From positions 13,082,134 through 13,146,000 of the forward strand of contig OZ360246.1 of NCBI GenBank assembly GCA_977017645.1: a DNA stretch of 63,867 bases, given 5' to 3'. How positions within the stretch are numbered: position 1 is the stretch's first letter; each line of letters starts with the position of its first letter. A program made the translations under genes and the position numbers. Below are positions 39,131-51,991 of this stretch, piece by piece. This DNA is from Torpedo marmorata (lineage: Eukaryota). A model generated the notes under the pieces. The model was not told where the DNA came from. It did no database searches and saw only the letters and a program-made list of their open reading frames with translations.

Positions 39131-39356
39131 ATGCTGCTTGTTTTAGACTTCCTATCTTGCAAATATATAATCAAAACATTGAACCTTAAGCCTGCTCAGA
39201 ATCTTGTATAGTTCAAGAAATCACTTCTTATTTTCTAAATTTCAAACAGTAGAGGCTCATTCTCATTGTTTCTTCATAAAACAACCCCCTTACCTCACGA
39301 ATCAATCTGTTGAATTTTGTATTCCCATCTCTAAGCAAGTATATCCTTCCTTAAAT

Positions 39357-39618
39357 GCGGCACGGTTGGCGTAGCGGTTAGCGCAACGCCTTTACAGCGC
39401 CAGCAATCGGGATCGTGGTTCAAATACCCTGCTGTCTGTAAGGAGTTTGTATGTTCTCCCCGTGTCTGTGTGGGTTTTCCCCGGGGGCTCCGGTTTCCTC
39501 CCACCGTTCGAAACATACCGGGGGTGTAGCTTAATTGGGTGTAAATTGGGTGGCATGGACTCGTGGGCCGAAATGGCCTGTTACCATGCTGTATGTCTAA
39601 ATTTTTTTTAAAAAATTA
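39357..39618 (+). mobile_element. Full-length V-SINE (HE1-like)
   Basis: A-box tggcgtagcgg, B-box ggttcaaatac, V-domain, and the same tail as the copy at 24209. Confidence 0.9.
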
Positions 39619-39880
39619 ACTATGCAGTACTTCAGGTACCATTTGACCAAAACTCTGTGGAATTGTGAGTCTTCATTACTCTCATGATTCCTCCCTCTTC
39701 CCCAAAAATTAATCGCATTTCATTGTCCTTCGTAATTAATTGCTGTACCTGCTCATCTTCAATTTTCTCCTTGCGTGCCCAATCATTGCCTATAAATCCA
39801 GGTTCTACCTAATTTAAGAAGTGTGACTGTCCTCTGTATTAAACAGCCTTTCTAACTCTCCTCTTCCCTGACAAATCATA

Positions 39881-39950
39881 ATGCTGCACCTCCAATTACA
39901 GCCTGACAATCTTGCATTAAGAGTCTTCAAGATGCAGACACAAATTTCAG
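39881..39950 (+). CDS. Candidate alternative first coding exon of prdm16 (MLHLQLQPDNLALRVFKMQTQIS-G)
   Basis: A 70-nt open frame runs from ATG 39881 (A at -3), has a second in-frame ATG at 39932, and ends in phase 1 at CAG|GTAAGG. CCAAT (39779) and TATAAAT (39791) lie upstream. Inferred from sequence only. Confidence 0.4.
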
Positions 39951-42900
39951 GTAAGGTTTCACATGTTTCAAATACAACTATCTTTATCTTTTATAAGCTT
40001 TAAGTAAATCAACCGAGCTCACACTGAGCACTAAACTAATTTTAATTCTTTCTGTTGATACAAACTCACAAATGAGGGAGACACAAAATGCACATCCTTC
40101 GCCTCTGCACTGAAATCCCTTGGTAAGTAAATACTCAATTTCTGTTCGCAGAGTTCTATTTAAGCTGTGCTCTTCGTGACCCTCCGTTTTAGTGAACTTT
40201 GGCAAGATAAACTTTGTGTGATCATTTTAAATGAGGTACATGTGCATTTAAAATTACACATATTACTTTCTAAAATCCATCCTGCTTTGGCTGCTTCTAA
40301 GATCATAGGTGCATTTTCTTGAACAAAACAACTTAACTTTGTTATTTTTTTTAAACCCATGGCTTAACATTTCCTTGGAAGGCAATGCACAGCCGTGAGA
40401 GGCTGTCGTCAGCATTGAATCTTCTCTGCTAATTGCAAGGGATGACTGTTCAGGGTCAGCTCTGTAGCACCACCTGGGCCCACTCTGTTAGCAGTCTTTG
40501 ATAACGGATCACTCTCGCCCTTCCTGAAGCCTTTCTTGCCTGGTAGGAGTTTTAAATTGCTTCCACCACAGCCACACTATCTTGATTCAAACAAACCAGA
40601 GGCTAAAGTGGGTATTACCAGTCCATTACCAACAGCCTGAGCCCTGAGTACTCTGTGGGGAATTCCTTGTATCAGACAAAGTATTACATTGTGAGAGAAG
40701 GATTCCAATGAAGGAATGCAGCCTCATTCTGTCTCTATGATTCCCCCACATGCTTGATTATATACAATGGTAGTTTCTTCAGCTGTGAGAATTATAATAC
40801 TTTTTCATATTTGAGGAGCTTGCTAAAATGTGACTCCTATAAACTCTGCCATTCCCTTTGTACTTGCAGTCACGATAATGCCAATTGTAAATATTAAATA
40901 ATGTTAAAAATGCTACTAATTGTTGAATAACATTTAAGATAAATGTCAACAGGAGTAAATATCACACTGTCTTCACTTTGGTACATTGATTCTGTCTTGT
41001 ACTTTCACAAGATTCACATAGTCCTTTCATTGTAAATTATATTGGCTTATCCTATGAACCCTCTGATCGATGTTTCCACTTCTCCAACCACTCACCACCC
41101 CAATCTCATAAAATCTTCCTGGGATCTCTCTTTGGCTCTTGCTTTTAAAGAGATCACAATCCTGTCTGTGTTTCTTGTCCTTATTTTAACCCACAACCAT
41201 TGTTTTTTGGAAGAGTCAAGTTTGAGTCTGTTAATTCAAGTAGAATTCAAACATAAGATTTGTGTGATTGAAGTGCTGCCACTTGGAAAATGAAATGTGC
41301 TGGGTTTAATTTCCCATTTCATGCAGATATCCTGGTGAACAATTTGCACAGTGTGCTCAAACTTTGTTCATATATTTTTCAAAAATGTGCTGCTGAAAAT
41401 CCAAGCAAAGCAATTTTATGTTAATTTCTTTGTCTTAGTACCTGATGATAAATCTGTTTCCTTATTTTTGGCAATAGTTTTGTTCTCCTGAGCAGATTTT
41501 TCTGCATAAAACTCTCAAATGATGCCAGCAGTAGTTTGAGATACAAAATTGTAGTGATCTGAAAAGTAACCGTTCTTACTTATTCACTGCACAATCAGTT
41601 TGCGCTAACTTTATTTTTGTTGAAATCAAGCAATTTGAGTAACTAAAGCTCAAACTGCATTCTTTATTCTCACTGAGATCTGTGACCTCTTATCACCTCA
41701 AATGCAATGTTGATGCTTTTTCATGTGGAGGGTAGGGTCATTTCATATTGACTGTGATCTCCACCACATCTCATTGATACTCATGCAAAATCTGCACTTA
41801 ATGGCAAGAAATTTTGACTATTTTCCTTCAGTCCCTTGAGCAGGCCTTTGTGTGCATTGGAGATTTTATCCTAGTGCAGGCGTACATAGATTGCATTCTG
41901 GCCCCTCCTTCTTTCGAGGAATGTAGCACTGGAACATCTCAGTAGTCCTTGCAACAACATCTTCTGCAGGCACTGTTCTTTTACTAACCTCTCTAGATAG
42001 CTCTGACTCCATGGGAACACTCCCATCCTCCTCCCTTCATTGCACCAATCATCGTTCATTAACAACACTTGAAACTGGAAGAATGTTGCTGTGTTCCTTT
42101 AAGAATTGGTGTGAGAGATCAAACATGCTTGGTTATGCACTGACAAAAGTGAGAACTTGCAAATTGGGAACATTGTGCTGAAACCAATAATATAAGTATC
42201 AGCATAGCATTATGTAGAGAAAATCAATGACATTGTTTTGAGAACCTCATATTTGAAGATTTCACTCTGATGTTCACAATTAGCATTACTTACAATACTG
42301 TTTAAATAAAACAAAAAAACCCAACATGTAGCAATATTTAGCCCAGAATGTTTAATTTTATTTTATTTCTCTCTGAAATTGAGCTCAAGTACAGAGAGTG
42401 GCTATGTTATTCTCTCCCATTCAAATTTACTTCTCTCTTTTTTCTCTTTCCTCTTTTGTCCTTTTCACTCTTTCCCTTTTTCTCTTAATTTTTTTCTCGG
42501 ATGGTTGTTCACGAAAATATTTATTTAAATCCTCTGAGCAATAAAGAAGATTGAGCAAGAAATGCAGTTTCCACAGGGGTGCAGTATGAGCCTGGAACAG
42601 AGGTATTTCACAGACTATCACACACAGAAGTTTTTGCTCTCACCTATGCCATGTCTGACATATGAGTGTTTGAGGCAGTATGATTCTGGAATAGACCAGA
42701 AGGGTTTTATTTTGCAACCAACCACTGTTAATCATTCAAATGATTACATTTTGTCAAATTCACCTGATAAATAAAGCATAATTTCTTGCAAGAACAGAAA
42801 ATGGAAGGAATTAAACAACATCAATATCACTTTTAAGTGAACAGGTTATCTTTGTCAAACTGGGTCTTCCCATAATCTAATTTTATCTTTCGCCTCTCAA

Positions 42901-43546
42901 AACATAAGACTAATTTCTGTAAAGAAAGGTTAGTTCAGAGAGGAGGGAGTCAAGAACTTTTCAAATACCCCAAAGGGGGGGAGAAGATATTCTATTTTGA
43001 CCACTAAATATTATTAAATCCACATCTATTATTCATGATACTGTTGTAGCTATGCCGGGGTCATGTATGTATATTTAATCACTGCATTGCATGATACAGA
43101 GCTTAGTAACAGGGAGAAAGAACTTGAAATCTTCATTTATGACTTCCAAGTATTGGAATTTGCCAATCCTCCATGTTCTGTGTCTCCAATCTCAAACTAC
43201 CAGCCAATTAACAGGAAGTAAATGTTGCATTTGTTGATATCACTCACAAAGAAAATCCCCTGTTTACCTTCACAGAGTATTATCATTGAGAGCTGCATAA
43301 TCAGAGATTGGCAAAGATTGGCACCATGAGGAATGAACAGATTGATGAAAGACTTGTGACATGTCACATGGCAGAGGCAAGCTAAAGTTTGGCAATATGC
43401 ATACAAAATCTGGTGGAGATGGCTCACTGGAGTGGGCTCCAGTAGAGTTTTCTTGTATCTGTGCTACCTCAGAGGAGGGACAAAAGTGGGATACTTTCAT
43501 GAGAAAGCTAATGTGGATACACACTTGGATGGTGAACATGTTCAAA

Positions 43547-46500
43547 GATCAAGTTCAAAGTTCAAGTTTATTGTCAGAGTACATACATGACATCACATAG
43601 AATCTTGAGATTCTTTTTCCTGCAGGCCAGGAAGAATTTATACTTATCGTTAGTGTAAATTGTGCTCAAGAAAAAGGTACAAATACAAAAGAGATAAATG
43701 TAAACAAAGAAAGAAATGTAAACAAGCTCACTGTGCAAATACAGAAAAATTAAATATTCATAAATAAATAATGTGCAAAATAAGAGTCCTTAAATGTGTC
43801 TCTGATTGAGTCTGTTGTTTAGGAGTCTAATGGTGGAGGGGTAGCAACTATTCTTGAACCTGGTGGTATGAGGCTTGTGGCACATACACCTTTTTCCTAG
43901 TGGCAGCAGCAAGAACAGAGCATGTCCTGGATGGTGCGGATTGTTGATAATTGCTGCTGCTTTGTTATGGCAGAGTTCCATGTAGATGTTCTCAATGGTG
44001 GGGAGAGTTTTGCTTGTGATGAACTGGGCTGTGTCCACTACGTTATGCAGGGCTTTCTGCTCAGATGTATTGGTGGCCCCATAGCAGGCCATGATGCAAC
44101 CGATCAGCACACTTTCCACTACACATCTGTAGATGTCTGCCAAGGTTTCTGAGTCATACTGAACCTCCACAAACACCTGAGGAGGTAAAGGCACTGACAT
44201 GCTTTCTTCACTATGACATTAGTATGGTGGGTCCAGGAAAGATCCTCCGTGATAGTGATTCCTAGGAATTTAAATTTGCTCACCCTCTTCACCTCTGATC
44301 CCCCAATGATCACTGGATCGTACACCTCTGGTTTCCTCTTCAGAATCAGAATCAGAATCAGAATTTATTGTCATGAACAAGTCATTAAATTCGGTGTTAT
44401 GCGGCAGCATCACAGTGCAATTAACATTCATATTAACCATCTTACGACATTACCAAGAAAATTATAAACAATAGTGCACGAAAAGTAAGGCAGTGTCTTT
44501 GGTTCACTGACCATTCAGGACTCTGATGGCAGCGGGGAAGAAGCTGTCCTTGTGCCGTTGAGTGCTCGTCTTTAGGCTCCTGTACCTTTTTCCCGAAGGA
44601 AGCAGAGTGAAGAGGGCATGGCCTGGGTGGTGTGGGTCTTTGAGGATAGAGGCTGCTTTTTTAAGACACCGCCTCATGTAGATGTCCTCGATGGAGTGAA
44701 GTTTGGTGCCTGTGATGTCACAGGCCGAGTTAACAACCCTCTGAAGTTTACTCTTGTCCTGGGAGTTGGCGCCTCCATACCAGGCAGTGATGCAACCAGC
44801 CAGAATGCTCTCCACGGTACACCTGTAGAAGTTTACGAGAGTCTTCGGTGACATACCGAATCTCCGCAGACACCTCACAAAGTATAGCCGCTGACGAGCC
44901 TTCTTTGTGATTGCATCAACGTGGATGCTCCAGGACAGATCCTCGGAGATGTTGACACCCAGGAATTTGAAGTTCTTGACCCTTTCCACTACTGAGCCCT
45001 CGATGAGGACTGGGTCATGTTCCCCTGACTTCCTCCTGAAGTCCACAATCATCTCCTTGGTTTTGCTGACGTTGAGCTCAAGGTTGTTGCCATTACACCA
45101 TTCAACGAGCTGATCTAACTCCCTCCTGTACGCTTCTTCATTGCCGTTTGTGATTCTCCGACAACTGTGGTGTCATCGGCAAACTTGTAGATGGCATTTG
45201 AATTGTGCCTGGCCCCACAGTCATGGGTGTATAACGAGTAGAGCAGTGGACTAAGCACGCATCCTTGGGGTGCCCCTGTGTTGATAATCAGTGAGGAGGA
45301 GACGTTGTTTCCAATTCGTACTGACTGTGGTCTTCCGATGAGAAAGTCAAGGATCCAGTTGCAGAGTCATGTACAGAGGCCTAGAGTTTGTAGCTTCTTG
45401 ACCAGCACTGAGGGAATAATGGTATTGAAGGCCGAGCTGTAGTCGATGAAGAGCAGCCGTATGTATGAATTGCTGTTTTCGAGGTGATCCAGAGCTGAGT
45501 GGAGAGCCAGCGATATTGCATCTGCTGTGGAGCGATTGTGACGATAGGCGAATTGCAGTGGGTCCAGATCTTTGCTTAGGTATGTGTTAATTCTGGCCAT
45601 GACCAGCCTCTCAAAGCATTTCATCACAGTAGAAGTTAGTGCTACTGGGCGGTAGTCGTTGAGGCAGCCCACACTACTCTTCTTGGGTACCAGGATGATT
45701 GATGCCCTTTTGAAGCAGGTGGGAACCTCTCACTGCCGCAATGAGAGGTTTAAAATGTCCGTGAACACTCCGGCTAGTTGGTTGGTGCAGATTTTCAGTA
45801 CCCTGCCAGGTACACCGTCAGGGCCTGACGCCTTGCGAGGGTTCATCCTCTGGAATGATGTTCTGACGTCGCCCTCAGAGACAGATATCACAGGGTCCTC
45901 AGCCTTTTCAGTGATTCTAGTAGGCACTGTTTTGTTCTTCTTCTCAAAGTGGGCATAGAAGGTGTTCAGCTTATCGGGCAGTGAAGCATCACAGCCGTCT
46001 ATAGTGTTTGCCCTCGCTTTGTAGGCTGTAATGGCCTGCACTCCCTGCCATAGCTGGCGTGTATCTGTCTCTGTCTCTAGCTTCCTCTGGAATTGCCACT
46101 TTGCTTCAGAAATGGCCTTCCGCAGGTTGTGCCTGGACTTCTTGTAAAGATCCCGGTCCCCGGCCTTAAACGCCCTTGTTCTCGCCGTCAGCAGGTTGCG
46201 AATTCTCTGATTCATCCAGGGCTTCTGGTTGGGGAACACCCGGTATTTGCGCGTGGGCACACACTCATCCACGCAGGTCTTGATGAAGTCGGTGACACCT
46301 GTTGCATATTCATTTAGGTCTATGGCTGAGTGCTTGAATATGTTCCAGTCCACTGATTCAAAGCAGTCCTGCAGACGTTCCTCCGCCCCCCCTGACCATA
46401 CTTTCGCCGTCCTCACCACTGGTACTGTGGTCTTCAGTCTCTGCTTGTACGCCGGGAGTAGAAGTACAGCCAGGGATCAGACTTGCCGAAGTGCGGTCGT

Positions 46501-47490
46501 GGTATGGCTCAGTATGCGTTCTTCACGGTGGTGTAGCAGTGGTCGAGTGTGTTGTTCCCCTGGTCTCACATGTGATGTGTTGGTGGTAGTTTGTCAGTGA
46601 CTTCTTCAGATTGACCTGATTGAAGTCTCCCACAATGATCGGGAAGGCATCAGGATGTGCTGTCTCATGGCTGTTTATCACAGTGCTCAGTCCCTCCAGT
46701 GCCAGCCTGACGTTAGCCTGGGGCGGATTGTACACTGCGACCAGGATGATGGCGGTGAACTCCCTCGGCAGATAGAATGGGCGACACTTGATCGCCAGAT
46801 GTTCCACGTCGGGGGAGCAGGACTGGGACATAACCGTCACATCTGTGCAGCACGATGAATTGATGATGACACAAACGTCGCCTCCCCTGGTTTTTCCAGA
46901 CGCCGGTGTTCGGTCAGCGTGATGGAGGGTGTAGACATTGGGCTTCCTAATGTCTACAATCAGCTTCTTGGTTTTGGTGACATTGAGTGCGAGGTTGTTG
47001 TTAGTACAGCATTCAGCAAAGTTTTCAGTATCCTTCCTGTATGCTGATTCATCGCCCCTTTTTATATAGCCCACTAGTGAGGAATCAACAGCAAATTTGT
47101 AAATGGTGTAATTGTTTTATCGAGCCACGCAGTCATAGGTGTAAAGCCAGTAGAGAAGGGGGCTAAGTACGCAGCTCTGTGTTGCTCCGTTGCTGATGCA
47201 GATTGTGGAGGAGATGTTTTTGCTAATCTACCTGAATGGAGTCGAGAGGTGAGGAAATCCAGGATCTAATTACACAGTGGGCTATTCAAGCCCAGCTCTT
47301 GGAGTTTGCTGATCAGTTTTGAGGGGATGATTGTGTTGAATGCCAAACTGTAGTTGATAAAGAGTGTCCTGATGTCTGTATCTTTGCTGTCCAGGTGTTC
47401 CAAGGTTTTCTGTAGAGCCAGTGAGATGGCATCTGCCGTAGACCTGTTACTGTGGTAGGGAAATTGGAATAGGTCCATGTCTGGTTGAAT
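43547..47490 (-). mobile_element. Older Rex1-type LINE (43547-44340 and 46943-47490) interrupted by copy B
   Basis: The host frame ...TKKLIVDIRK | RKPEVYDPVIIGGSEV... is continuous across the insert; same subfamily as 36073-37103. Confidence 0.85.
44341..46930 (-). mobile_element. Young Rex1/Babar LINE, copy B (endonuclease C-terminal part plus RT, disrupted)
   Basis: APE-like IIVGDFNQ motif, RT motifs, stops and frameshifts, and a (ttctga)n tail. Confidence 0.95.
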
Positions 47491-47961
47491 GATGAGCTGA
47501 CCAGGAACATGGAGGAGTCCATTCCATGAGATCAAAGGTGATTCTGTAGGCCCAGAAAACCATGACCTCAACTCTGAAGGCTGTTGTCGAACTCTTTGCA
47601 AGGACTTGGCAGCACCTCACTTAGATGTCTTCAATGGGTGGGAATTGGTGCTGGGTTTGCCAGATGATTAGCTCAGAGATCTCCTGGAGCAGTAGGAAAC
47701 AGTATGTTAGCACTTAGATGTTCTGCACAAACAGAGAGATGTAGCAGATTAACACATTGCTTTTCTGCATAAACAATGAGATGGAATGCATGAACAGATA
47801 TGGTTTGGAGGAACTTGTTTCTCTTCTCCTGGAATAGAGACGTACAGAGTCAATATCCATGTACATCTTTGTTATGACAGGATCCTGATGAGATGGCACA
47901 CAAAGCTGACTTCAAAGAGATGCATGAAGATAGCATGAACCAGACTTTGGTGATATAAGAG

Positions 47962-48090
47962 AAACACAAAAACTGCAGCTGCTGGAATTTTGAGCAAACA
48001 ATAAGCTGCCAGAGGAACTCAATGGGTCAGGCTACATTCATGGGTAGAAATGGTTAGTCAACTTTTCAGGTCGGGACCCTTTATCGAGAT
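47962..48090 (-). mobile_element. Degenerate Penelope pseudo-LTR fragment
   Basis: Similar to 61277-61376 (gaggaactc...gtcaacttttcaggtcgggacccttt). Confidence 0.55.
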
Positions 48091-49083
48091 TGATATGAGG
48101 TCTGTCAGCAGGGATAGCCCCCAGGTTTTGAGGTTATAACCAGGATACTGAAGTCTGAGCACCAGCAGTTTTGCACCCTTTTCTACCCAGTTTCCTGAGA
48201 GCTTCAATGATGTTCAGGTTCAGGACATTGATTTTTGCTCCCCCAACCCTGAGGGCAGTATGCTCACCTCCCATTGTGTCCTCCCCAACAGCACGTTTAC
48301 CCATGTGTCATGGTCAGACATTTTAAGCTGTTCCTTCAGTGTATCCTGGGCAGCAATCTGAAGCCAGTTCATCTTGACCAAGATCTTTTCATGTGATATT
48401 AAGGACATTTAGCTCTTGTTGTAAAGTGTATTCATTTTGGGCAAATAAAAAAAAATAGCCATTCACAGAAATCCCATTATATTATCCAACTGGTGGACTG
48501 CTATATAACCTGTCATACCTCAACTGGAAAGATGAACAATTTCATGCTTGTTATGAGAATATGCCTGAACTAAAACATGATCGTGACTCAACTTTGATAG
48601 GTGTTTTCTCCTTTAAAATTATAGCCTCACTGCAGCAGACTACATCATTTTGAAGTACTTGGATGAATGCCACAGCTACCATAGTGTCCTGGCAAACTGA
48701 TAGTGAGAAATGATGGCTTACGTAGAAAAGCATGATACTAAATTCCCCTTTGAAATTATAGCCTCACTGCTGCAGACTTAACAGTTCTGAGCTGAGTGAA
48801 ATGTGTTTCTTCTGCAACCAATATTTCAATTGTGCCCATTGTCTACCTTAAATAGTTGATTGGTACAATGGCTTAAAACAAATTGAAGATGGAATTTCAT
48901 GAGGAGTTTCACATTGTTCAATAAATGGGGCTTTATTTTCTTGAAATGATAGTCCCACTTAATGTAATCTGATTCTATATATTCTGTACATTTCTCTCAG
49001 TTGCTGTGGCTACACTGCTGACAAGCCAGCATCAGTCTCGAGCAGCAATCCAAAGAGATCAGGATCTTAACTAACATTTAGAT

Positions 49084-50645
49084 CCGCTTTGAGAAGAAGA
49101 ACAAAACAGTGCCTACTAGAATCCCTAAAAAGGCTGAGGACCCTGTGATATCTGTCTCTGAGGGTGACGGGCCCTGACGGCGTTCCTGGCAGGGTATTGA
49201 AAATCTGCAGCAACCAACTAGCCGGAGTGTTCACGGACATTTTCAACCTCTCATTGCGGCAGTCAGAGGTTCACACCTGCTTCAAAAGGGCATCAATCAT
49301 CCAAAGAAGAGTAGTTTGGGCTGCCTCAACGACTACTGCCCAGTAGCACTAACTTCTACTGTGATGAGTTGCTTTGAGAGGCTGGTCATGGCCAGAATTA
49401 ACACGTACCTAAGCAAAGAGCTGGACCCACTGCAATTTGCCTATCGCCACAATCGTTCCACAGCAGATGCAATATCGCTGGCTCTCCACTCAGCTCTGGA
49501 TCACCTCAAAAATATAAATTCATACATACGGCTGCTCTTCATCGGCTACAGCTCGACCTTCAATACCATTATTCCCTCAGTGCTGGTCAAGAAGCTACAA
49601 ACTCTAGGCCTCTGTACCCCCCTCTGCAACTGGATCCTTGACTTTCTCATCGGAAGACCACAGTCAGTACGAATTGGAAACAACGTCTCCTCCTCACTGA
49701 TTATCAACACAGGCGCACCCCAAGGATGCGTGCTTAGTCCACTGCTCTACTCGTTATACACCCATGACTGTGTGGCCAGGCACAATTCCAATGCCATCTA
49801 CAAGTTTGCCGATGACACCACAGTTGTCGGCAGAATCACAAACAGCAATGAGGAAGCGTACAGGAGGGAGATAGATCAGCTCGTTGAATGGTGTAATGGC
49901 AACAACCTTGAGCTCAACGTCAGCAAAACCAAGGAGATGATTGTGGACTTCAGGAGGAAGTCAGGGGAACACGACCCAGTCTTCATCGAGGGCTCAGTCG
50001 TGGAGAGGGTCAAGAACTTCAAATTCCTGGGTGTCAACATCTCCGAGGATCTGTTCTGGAGCATCCACGTTGATGCAATCACAAAGAAAGCTCGTCAGCG
50101 GCTATACTTTGTGAGGTGTCTGCGGAGATTCGGTATGTCACCGAAGACTCTTGTAAACTTCTACAGGTGTACCGTGGAGAGCATTCTGGCTGGTTGCATA
50201 ACTGCCTGGTATGGAGGCGCCAACTCCCAGGACAAGAGTAAACTCCAGAGGGTTGTTAACTTGGCCTGTGACATCACTGGCACCAAACTTCACTCCATCG
50301 AGGACATCTACATGAGGCGGTGTCTTAAAAAAGCAGCCTCTATCCTCAAAGACCCCCACCACCCATGCCATGCCCTCTTCCCTCTGCTACCATCGGGAAA
50401 AAGGGACAGGAGCCTAAAGACGAGCACTCAACGGCACAAGGACAGCTTCTTCCCCGCTGCCATCATATTCCTGAATAATCAATGAACCAAAGACACTGCC
50501 TTACTTTTCGTGCACTATTGTTTATAATTTTTTATAGTAATGTCGTTAGATGGTTAATATGAATGTTAATTGCACTATGATGCTGCTGCAAAAAACCGAA
50601 TTTCATGATTTGTTCATGACAATAAATTCTGATTCTGATTCTGAT
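49084..50645 (+). mobile_element. Young Rex1/Babar LINE, copy C (RT ORF 49316-50485)
   Basis: 389-aa RT frame almost identical to copies A and B; (ttctga)n tail. Confidence 0.95.
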
Positions 50646-51748
50646 GAGCAAAACTGATCTGAGGATAGTGTACTTTGTGCAGAAATTATTGTTGTTTAAG
50701 CAAGGTGACACTCAAAAGAATATTTAGAAGTTGTCAGATTTGGTTATGTTAGCTAATGGGGTTTTATGTGTTATCTGATTACACTATTCTGTGTTAATCC
50801 TAAGGATTATAGTTTGGAATGGGTGACTTAATTTGCATTGGGAAATTTTATTTTGCAGGTTCCTTGTATTCTATTCAGATAATGACTTCCTGTCTTACTC
50901 CCACAGCTAGGAATTGAAGCTGTGAATGCTGAGCAAGAACATTTCCCTGACAACTTTATTCTTCCTCCTGCTCCTTTTCCTCTTGTTGTTTTCCAAGCTT
51001 TGCTTTTTGCCATGGGTTCTTCTTCCACAGACACCATTTTTTGTTGTAATGTTGTTGCAGCAGACAACTGAGATGTCTTTGGATCTCTGGCACATACTGC
51101 AAGGTGCATTTAAGTCACACCTATGGTGTTTTCCACTATGATTCTGATACGAGTATTGCTTTTGTCTGCACTAATTTTCTGTGGTTGATACGTAAAGTGG
51201 CAGTGAGGTGCATGCTATCAAATTTAATTAACTATGGAGAAGACACTCTTCCTCATTTTAAGATTTCTAAAATTGTAAGTTGCTAAACGCAAGAGTAGGA
51301 GCCACTTCAAATGTTTTATTTTTAATTGTGCTTCTCTACTTCAATGGAAAAAGCACATGCTTTTCCTTTGACACCTCCTTTACTCGACTAAAAGAGTCAT
51401 GTTTGGTCCAAAGAGGCTTCCTAGTTTTACATGTGTTGGTAATAAATATTTTAAATTGTATCCAACTTTAAATGTGAAGTAAAAACAGAAAATGTTGCAA
51501 ACCCTCAACTGGTCAGGCAGCATCTTTGGAGTGAGAAAGGAGTTATTGTTTCAAGCCAATTTTCAGTTAATATTAATTGTGTTTTATTTCTCCTTCCTTT
51601 GTTCTCTTGAGATCTTTTCAGTTCTCCTGGAATGACAGTTGACAAGTTCTAGGTGGAACAAAAGTGTGCTAAACTCAATATCACCAACATCACACCTCAT
51701 CATTTAGTACAGGCTTCCTTCCCTAATCTTGGTTGGCAATTTTTAGTG

Positions 51749-51991
51749 CATTGCACAAAAGTGCTGGAGAAACTCAGCAGACAATGCAGCATCAATGGAA
51801 GGCAATAGGCAAGTAATGTTTTTGGCCTGAACCTTCTTTTAGTATGCTTTACATGGAATACCTGAAGAAGGGCTCAGGCGTGAAGCATCACTGCCTATTG
51901 CTTTACATTGATGCAGCATGACTGGCTGAGTTTCTCAAACACTTTTGAGTACTGCAGTAGACCCCAGCATCTGCAGACTTCTTATTTATGA
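51749..51991. mobile_element. Non-autonomous Penelope-derived hairpin element (two inverted pseudo-LTRs)
   Basis: Arms at 51752-51840 and 51861-51951 are imperfect inverted repeats, flanked by gcaatttttagtg / gcaatttttaatg (12/13). Confidence 0.75.

Noticed and set aside
39357-39435. tRNA gene
   Set aside because: The A/B boxes belong to a V-SINE head; no full cloverleaf is evident
39752-39760. EVI1/PRDM16-type site GAAGATGAG (minus strand) as autoregulation
   Set aside because: A 9-mer is expected roughly once by chance in this window, and it also occurs inside the Penelope element at 61621
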